Both the position numbers and the translations under genes were made by a program. A stretch of DNA of 64,000 nucleotides from Gemmatimonadales bacterium (lineage in GTDB: Bacteria; Gemmatimonadota; Gemmatimonadetes; Gemmatimonadales; GWC2-71-9). The stretch is from positions 1 through 64,000 of the forward strand of contig JBBCJC010000002.1 of the NCBI GenBank assembly GCA_037189525.1, read 5' to 3'. Below are positions 58,317-64,000 of this stretch, piece after piece; position 1 is the stretch's first letter; each line of letters starts with the position of its first letter. The notes under the pieces are model-generated. The model saw nothing but the letters and a program-made list of their open reading frames with translations. It was not told where the DNA came from and ran no database searches.

Positions 58317-60005
58317 ATGAGACCCGCCGTCATCCGATTCCTTCTCGGTGCGCTAGTGGTGGCAGGCGCCGGGTGCCGCCCCGCACGCCCGGCCGACCTG
58401 GTCCTTCGAAGTGTGGCAGTCTACACCATGGCTCTACCGGACACGGCGGAAGCAATCGCCGTTCGGGCAGGTAAAATCGTCTATGTCGGCGACAACGCGG
58501 GGGCCGACCGACTGATCGGCGATTCGACGGAGGTGCTCGATTTGGCGGGACGGATGGTCCTGCCCAGCTTCCGCGACATCCACGTCCATCCGCAGTCGGG
58601 CGTCGAATCGGGTGAGTGCCAGCTCGGCAGTCTGGGCACACCCGCCGCCATCGTGGACTCGCTGCGCAACTGCATCGCCGCGGTTCCGCCGGGCGGCTGG
58701 GTCCGGGGCCACGGCTGGCAGTTGCCCGTCTTTCCGAACGGGAACCCGCACAAGCGCCTGCTCGATTCGATTGCCCCCGATCATCCGGTCGTCGTCGTGG
58801 CCGCGGACGGACACTCCACCTGGGTCAATTCCCGGGCACTCGCCCTGGCCGGCATCGACCGGACCACCCCCGACCCCGTCGGAGGACGGATCGAACGGGA
58901 CCCGTCGGGCGAACCGTCCGGCACCCTGCGTGAGAGTGCCGTCGACCTGGTCACGCGTCATTTGCCCAGGCGCACCGAGGCCGAACTCCGGGAAGGCATC
59001 CGGAAAGGACTGGCGCTGGCCAATCGCTTCGGCATCACGGCGGTCCACGACGCGTCGGTCGGTCCGGAAGCGCTCGCTGCGTATGCCACCCTCGATCGCG
59101 ATGGCGAACTGACGGCGCGGGTCGTCGCCGCCCAGTATGTCGATCCCGACGCCGGCCTCGATCAGGTGGATTCCCTCATCGCCCGACGCAAGCGGTTTGC
59201 CGGCACCCGCTACTTTCGGCCCGACGCGGCCAAGTTCTTTGCCGACGGTGTCATCGAAGCGGGCACCGCAGCGCTGCTCGAGCCCTACACGGCCACCGCC
59301 AGCCGCGGTGCCGCGAACTTCCGGCAAGGACAACTCGATTCACTCGTGGCGGCGCTCGATCGGGCTCGGATTCAGATCCACATCCACGCCATCGGCGATC
59401 GCGCCATCCGAAGCAGCCTCGATGCGATCGAACGGGCGCGGGGTTCACGCCAGGCGCTGACACTACCACCGATCCTGGCCCACCTCCAGCTGATCGACTC
59501 TGCCGACATTCCCCGATTCGCCGCACTCGGCGTCGTGGCCGGGTTCCAACCGCTCTGGGCCTACGCGGACGAGTACATCACCGAGCTGACCGAACCCGTC
59601 TTGGGGCCTGCCCGGTCGCGCTGGTTGTATCCGATCGGATCAGTCGCCCGAACCGGGGCCATGATTGCGGCGGGCAGTGATTGGAGTGTCTCGTCGCTCG
59701 ATCCGCTCGAGGCCATCCAGACGGCCTTGACCCGCCTCCCGCTCGAAGCCGGCGCAAGCGATGCTGCCTGGCTGCCGACCGAGCGCGTCGATCTCACCAC
59801 CATGCTGCGCGCCTACACCATCAACGGCGCCCGCGCCGCAGGCGAAGAGAAACGGACCGGGTCGCTCACGGTGGGCAAGGCGGCGGACCTGATCGTGGTC
59901 GACCGTAACCTTTATCAAATACCGCCGGCCGAGATTCATCGGGCGCGGGTACTGCTGACGCTGCTCGATGGACAATCGGTCTTCCGCGATCGTGCGCTTC
60001 GGTAG
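58317..60005 (+). CDS. Amidohydrolase 3 (YtcJ-like) lipoprotein; start uncertain (58281/58308/58317)
   Basis: D.HVH, DGHS.WVNS.AL, KFFADG, HAIGD, GSDW, GKAADL. Confidence 0.9.
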   Translation: MRPAVIRFLLGALVVAGAGCRPARPADLVLRSVAVYTMALPDTAEAIAVRAGKIVYVGDNAGADRLIGDSTEVLDLAGRMVLPSFRDIHVHPQSGVESGECQLGSLGTPAAIVDSLRNCIAAVPPGGWVRGHGWQLPVFPNGNPHKRLLDSIAPDHPVVVVAADGHSTWVNSRALALAGIDRTTPDPVGGRIERDPSGEPSGTLRESAVDLVTRHLPRRTEAELREGIRKGLALANRFGITAVHDASVGPEALAAYATLDRDGELTARVVAAQYVDPDAGLDQVDSLIARRKRFAGTRYFRPDAAKFFADGVIEAGTAALLEPYTATASRGAANFRQGQLDSLVAALDRARIQIHIHAIGDRAIRSSLDAIERARGSRQALTLPPILAHLQLIDSADIPRFAALGVVAGFQPLWAYADEYITELTEPVLGPARSRWLYPIGSVARTGAMIAAGSDWSVSSLDPLEAIQTALTRLPLEAGASDAAWLPTERVDLTTMLRAYTINGARAAGEEKRTGSLTVGKAADLIVVDRNLYQIPPAEIHRARVLLTLLDGQSVFRDRALR

Positions 60006-60044
60006 CCCCGCACAACGAATCCCGAACCTGGTACGTTCACGATG

Positions 60045-60428
60045 ATGGATCGACGAGATATCCTGACAGCCGCCGGCGCGGTTGTGCTGGCCGGCCTCAC
60101 ACCTTTGAATGCGACATCCCTTTCGGGAGGAACCATGTACGGCTTGATCGGCAAGATGAGCGCAGTCCCGGGCCAGCGAGATGCCCTGGCTGCCATTCTG
60201 CTCGAAGGCACCACCCGGATGCCCGGATGCCTGAGCTATGTGATTGCCACCGACCCCGCCGACGCCGACGCGCTCTGGATCACCGAAGTCTGGGACAGCC
60301 AGGAGAGTCATCAGGCGTCCCTGGCGCTTCCCGACGTGAAAGAGGCGATTGCCCGAGGCCGGCCGCTGATTGCCGGCTTCAGCAACCGGGTGGAGACCAC
60401 GCCACTCGGCGGATACGGGCTCCGATAA
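60045..60428 (+). CDS. Antibiotic biosynthesis monooxygenase (ABM) domain protein
   Basis: PGCLSY, ITEVW...SH.ASL; twin-Arg-like N-terminus; second start at 60135 with GGGAGG. Confidence 0.85.
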   Translation: MDRRDILTAAGAVVLAGLTPLNATSLSGGTMYGLIGKMSAVPGQRDALAAILLEGTTRMPGCLSYVIATDPADADALWITEVWDSQESHQASLALPDVKEAIARGRPLIAGFSNRVETTPLGGYGLR

Positions 60429-60505
60429 ACTGACCCGCTATTGACCGGGCCGCGGCCATGCCATAACGTGGAGGGTCGGAGACGCACCCGCTCCGGAGGT
60501 AGGGT

Positions 60506-61306
60506 GTGAAATACCCAACCCGTTCGATCGGTCTGGCCTGCGCGCTCAGCGTTGGAGGGTCCCTCCTTGCTGCGCCTATGTTGGCCCAGGACAGTGGCGT
60601 GATCAAGGGCGTAGTAGTCAACTACGACTCCCAACCTCTCGACCAAGCCAGCGTGGAAATCTTCGGTGCCAAGCTTACCCGGACGACCAACGCGGCCGGC
60701 GAGTTCCGCTTCGAGGGACTCGACGGTGGTTCCTATTGGCTTCGGGTTCGGCGTATCGGACACGCTCCGCTGACCTTCAGCATCACCCTGCCCAAGGGTG
60801 GCGAACGAGACCTCCGGGTAGAGTTGATGCCCGTCGCCTACGAGCTGCCGGAGATCTCGGTCTCAGGCGGTATGACCGACCGCCGGTTCCAGGAATTCCA
60901 TTGGCGGCGGCGAGCGGGCTGGGGGCGGTTCTACACCTCGGATGAGTTCGCCCGGATGCGCGCGGTGGATTTGGTCGACGTGGTCCAGCGGGGCCTGCCG
61001 ATGCACTCGCGCTTCGTGCTCGAACAGGCGGGGGGATTCAGCCACGACCAGTCACTCACCTACATGGGGTTCCCCGGCGTTTCATCGGGCGGACAGCTGT
61101 ATCGACGGGCGTCCTTCGTCGGCCCCTCGTCGAATTGCGCGCCCGGCGTCTCGATCAACGGCAACACGGCCATGCCGGGCATCCCGCTTCGAAACATTCG
61201 ACTGGATGATGTCGAGGCGATCGAGGTCTATCGCTCTCGTTGGGTTCCCGACCAGATGCGTAACCCCCAGACCACCTGCGGCCTGGTCGTCGTCTGGCTC
61301 AAGTAG
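60506..61306 (+). CDS. Carboxypeptidase-regulatory-like domain + TonB-plug-like C-terminus, no barrel
   Basis: GVV....QPL..ASV, TNAAGEF.F, RRIG..P; C-terminal DVEAIEVYR...CGLVVVW. Confidence 0.75.
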   Translation: MKYPTRSIGLACALSVGGSLLAAPMLAQDSGVIKGVVVNYDSQPLDQASVEIFGAKLTRTTNAAGEFRFEGLDGGSYWLRVRRIGHAPLTFSITLPKGGERDLRVELMPVAYELPEISVSGGMTDRRFQEFHWRRRAGWGRFYTSDEFARMRAVDLVDVVQRGLPMHSRFVLEQAGGFSHDQSLTYMGFPGVSSGGQLYRRASFVGPSSNCAPGVSINGNTAMPGIPLRNIRLDDVEAIEVYRSRWVPDQMRNPQTTCGLVVVWLK

Positions 61307-61453
61307 CGCCACTACACCCGCCCTCGGCAGCTGCGGTATCGCGGGCATCGGGGGCGTGGTATTTTTTTGAGGGTGAGGATGCCTGCCCGGCAGACTCCTG
61401 GCGCCGGTATCAGCATTCCGAGCGTGTACCACAGCATCGAGAGGTCCAATCCG

Positions 61454-61954
61454 ATGGATGAACATACCTTCCCGGCCCCGTTGACCCGTCGCACTGCCAT
61501 CGTCCGCCTCGCCACGGGGCTGGCGGTGCTGACCGGATGGGCCCGGCTCGCCGAGGGACAGACCCAGGCCAAGACCCCGCTCGTCACCTACAAGGACGCC
61601 AACTGCGGCTGCTGCGGCGTCTGGATCGATCACATCAAGGCCAACGGCTTCGAGCCCTCCGTGACCGATGCCCCCGACATGCAGGCCATCAAGGCCCGCT
61701 ACAAGGTCCCGGGCAACCTGGCGAGCTGCCACACCTCGGTGGTCGGAGGGTATGTCGTCGAGGGGCATGTCCCCGCCTCCGACATTCGCCGGCTGCTCAA
61801 GGAGAAGCCGCAGGGTATCGTCGGTCTCACCATCCCGGGCATGCCGGCCAGCGCGCCCGGCATGGACGTGAAGCCTTTCCAACCGTATGAGGTGCTTACC
61901 TTTACGGCCGACGGTAAGACGACGGTCTTCTCGAAACACACGAAGGCGTCGTAA
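61454..61954 (+). CDS. DUF411 (CopG-like) metal-binding protein
   Basis: CGCC..W, LASCHT, VEGHVP, PGMP...PGM; Tat-like RR signal. Confidence 0.9.
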   Translation: MDEHTFPAPLTRRTAIVRLATGLAVLTGWARLAEGQTQAKTPLVTYKDANCGCCGVWIDHIKANGFEPSVTDAPDMQAIKARYKVPGNLASCHTSVVGGYVVEGHVPASDIRRLLKEKPQGIVGLTIPGMPASAPGMDVKPFQPYEVLTFTADGKTTVFSKHTKAS

Positions 61955-62003
61955 CCGCAACTACTACACCGGCTGTTGCCTCAGGCATCGGCCGGTGTTG
62001 CCC

Positions 62004-62696
62004 TTACTTACCATCCACAATCGCTCGTGCACGCTCGAAGATGGCGTGCCACATCGGTCGCGTCAGCCGGCCGGTATTGGTGTTCTGCCGGCTGGGATGG
62101 TAGGAGGCCAGCAACTGCTGGCCCGAGGGAAGCGTGGCCTCGACGCCGTGGCCGAAGCGGGGGCGCTCCGATGGGCGGAAATGGTCCCACCATCCGGAGG
62201 CCTTGAGGTAGGTGTCGTGCGCGATCCCGCCGAGGGTGACAATGACCGAGACCTCGGGGAGCAGGTCGATCTCCCGGATTAGATAGTCGCGGCAGTTCAT
62301 CAGTTCCTCGGGTAGCGGCTTGTTATCCGGCGGGGCGCACCGGGCCGAAGCCGCAATCCAGCACTCGGACAGCTCCAATCCGTCATCCCGCCAGGTCGAG
62401 GTGGGCTGATTGGCGAAACCAAAGCGATGGAGCGCCTCGTATAACCAGTCACCGCTCGAGTCGCCCGTGAACATTCGTCCGGTGCGATTGGCTCCATGCG
62501 CGGCTGGGGCCAGGCCGACGATGAGGAGACGAGCATGGGAGTCGCCGAAGCCGGGCACGGGCTTGCCCCAGTACTCCTGGCTTCGAAACCTGGCCACTTT
62601 CGTCTCGGCCACCTGGGTGCAGTATTCCCGGAGCCGGACGCACCGGGTGCATCGGGTGATCGAACGATTGAGCTTGTCTAGTTGAGAAGCGGACAT
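62004..62696 (-). CDS. Uracil-DNA glycosylase family 5 (Fe-S, UdgB-like)
   Basis: C..C..L, GLAPAAHGANRTGRMFTGD, RCAPP.NKP, YHPSRQN. Confidence 0.93.
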   Translation of the reverse strand: MSASQLDKLNRSITRCTRCVRLREYCTQVAETKVARFRSQEYWGKPVPGFGDSHARLLIVGLAPAAHGANRTGRMFTGDSSGDWLYEALHRFGFANQPTSTWRDDGLELSECWIAASARCAPPDNKPLPEELMNCRDYLIREIDLLPEVSVIVTLGGIAHDTYLKASGWWDHFRPSERPRFGHGVEATLPSGQQLLASYHPSRQNTNTGRLTRPMWHAIFERARAIVDGK

Positions 62697-62774
62697 GAAT
62701 GAGATGCTAGGGCACCCAGGGCAGTCGGGTCAAGCAGGTCTAACCCGAACCACGACAATCAATCCGGAGGCACC

Positions 62775-63053
62775 GTGAAGCAGATTCTCGCGATGCTGAT
62801 TCCGATCATTGCGCTCTCGATCCCCATCGTCGCGATTGCGAGCAACGCCTGGCTCAAGGGGCTCAAGCTCAAGGCCGACGCGGCGCGTGACGGGTTGAGC
62901 CGCGGCGCGGACGACCGGCTCGCGGTGCTGGAAGACGAAGTGGCGCACCTCCGCCACGAACTGATGGAAGCGCAAGAGCGGATCGATTTCACCGAGCGGC
63001 TGCTTGCCAGGCGCAGCGACGAAGCTGCGCAGCTCAACCGCCCGGCGCCCTGA
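62775..63053 (+). CDS. Small membrane-anchored coiled-coil protein
   Basis: GGAGG + GTG; N-terminal TM helix; QERIDFTERLL tail. Confidence 0.75.
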   Translation: MKQILAMLIPIIALSIPIVAIASNAWLKGLKLKADAARDGLSRGADDRLAVLEDEVAHLRHELMEAQERIDFTERLLARRSDEAAQLNRPAP

Positions 63054-63097
63054 CTCCCGCCGAGGCTCGGAACGCCCGAGCCTCGGTCATCCCAATC

Positions 63098-64000
63098 TCA
63101 AGCCGACGCCGCATCGCGAATACCGCGATCGACATCGACGCGTGAGAGGAGGATCGCACCGACCACGAAGAATACCAGCACCAGCGCGACACCCGCCCGC
63201 CGCGATCCGAATCCATCGGCCACGAAACCGAAGCCGACACCCAGCACACTGCCGAACCGCGCGAACATCCCCCAGAACCCGAACATCTGCGCCGAACGAT
63301 CCTTGGGCGACAGGAGCCCGACGACGGTACGACTCGACGCCTGTGTCGCGCCGATCCCGGCGCCCGCAAAGAGTCCGAGACCGTAGAACAGCTTCTTGGC
63401 CTCGATACCCAGGATGCTGCTCAGCGTGCCCAGGAAGTAGATCCCCAGCACGCCGATGATCCACCAGAACAGCGTCATCATGACCGTCCGCTTAGGGCCA
63501 AGTACACCCTCGAGCATGCCGAACCCGACGGCGCCGGCCACCGCCGACAGTTGGAGAAAGAGGAAGAGCAGCACGAACTCGCCGCCGGTCAGACCGATCT
63601 CCTCCCGCGCGTAGATGCCGACGAACTTGACGATGGCGTCGAGCCCGGCCATGTAGACCATGAAGGCAATCAGGAACCGGAAGAGCACCTGATACTGACG
63701 CGCCACGGCAAAGGTGCTGCGCAGCTCGGCGAGTCCGGCGCGGAGCAGTGTGGCGGTCGAGGCGTGTTCGAATCCCGGGGCCGGTTTCGATCGGTTGCGC
63801 ACCAGGAGAAAGGTGGGCAGCGCGGCGACCACGAAGAAAATCCCCGTTGCCACCATTGCGAGCTGGTTCTGGCTGACGTATCGGGCGGGATCAGTCGCTG
63901 GATCGGCGGTAATGATGACCTGCGAAGCCAGCACCACGCTGGCGAGCCCGCCGAGATAGCCGATTCCCCACCCCAGTCCGGAGATCTTCCCCATGTTGTC
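63098..64000 (-). CDS. MFS transporter (UMF1/ATG22-like), 5' part outside the window
   Basis: SGLGWGIGYLGG, QASSR, FGFW; multiple TM helices. Confidence 0.88.
   Translation of the reverse strand, partial: DNMGKISGLGWGIGYLGGLASVVLASQVIITADPATDPARYVSQNQLAMVATGIFFVVAALPTFLLVRNRSKPAPGFEHASTATLLRAGLAELRSTFAVARQYQVLFRFLIAFMVYMAGLDAIVKFVGIYAREEIGLTGGEFVLLFLFLQLSAVAGAVGFGMLEGVLGPKRTVMMTLFWWIIGVLGIYFLGTLSSILGIEAKKLFYGLGLFAGAGIGATQASSRTVVGLLSPKDRSAQMFGFWGMFARFGSVLGVGFGFVADGFGSRRAGVALVLVFFVVGAILLSRVDVDRGIRDAASA

Noticed and set aside
1..64000. tRNA, rRNA, transposase or prophage genes
   Set aside because: None recognised by eye; tRNAscan and Infernal would be needed to exclude small RNAs.

Overview
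High-GC bacterial chromosomal segment. The gene content suggests Gemmatimonadota, but that is inference only. The left 3.4 kb is the end of a chromosomal integron: an integron integrase gene (intI, 2376..3343, frameshifted), an attI crossover at 2297/2296, and at least four cassettes separated by three closely related 137-141 bp attC sites; the array runs off the left edge. The architecture is unusual. intI is co-oriented with the cassettes and attI lies at its 3' end (inverted-integrase type), and all attC sites have a 9-nt L'-R' spacer instead of the usual 5-6 nt. The attI-proximal cassette encodes a HEPN-like protein with an N-terminal lipobox. The other ~60 kb is housekeeping and accessory metabolism: leuS, selO, a cold-shock gene, an RND efflux operon, a potABCD-like operon with an inserted Tat-exported PLP enzyme, cardiolipin synthase, ogt, mmsA with a class III aminotransferase, many exported hydrolases and a family 5 UDG. 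Smaller signals include likely leaderless genes, a perfect hairpin over the selO start, two unannotated small ORFs, a possible His-to-Asp pseudo-Hpt protein and a degenerate ThDP enzyme. No rRNA, tRNA, CRISPR array or transposase was seen. All product calls come from motifs read by eye; no database searches were run.
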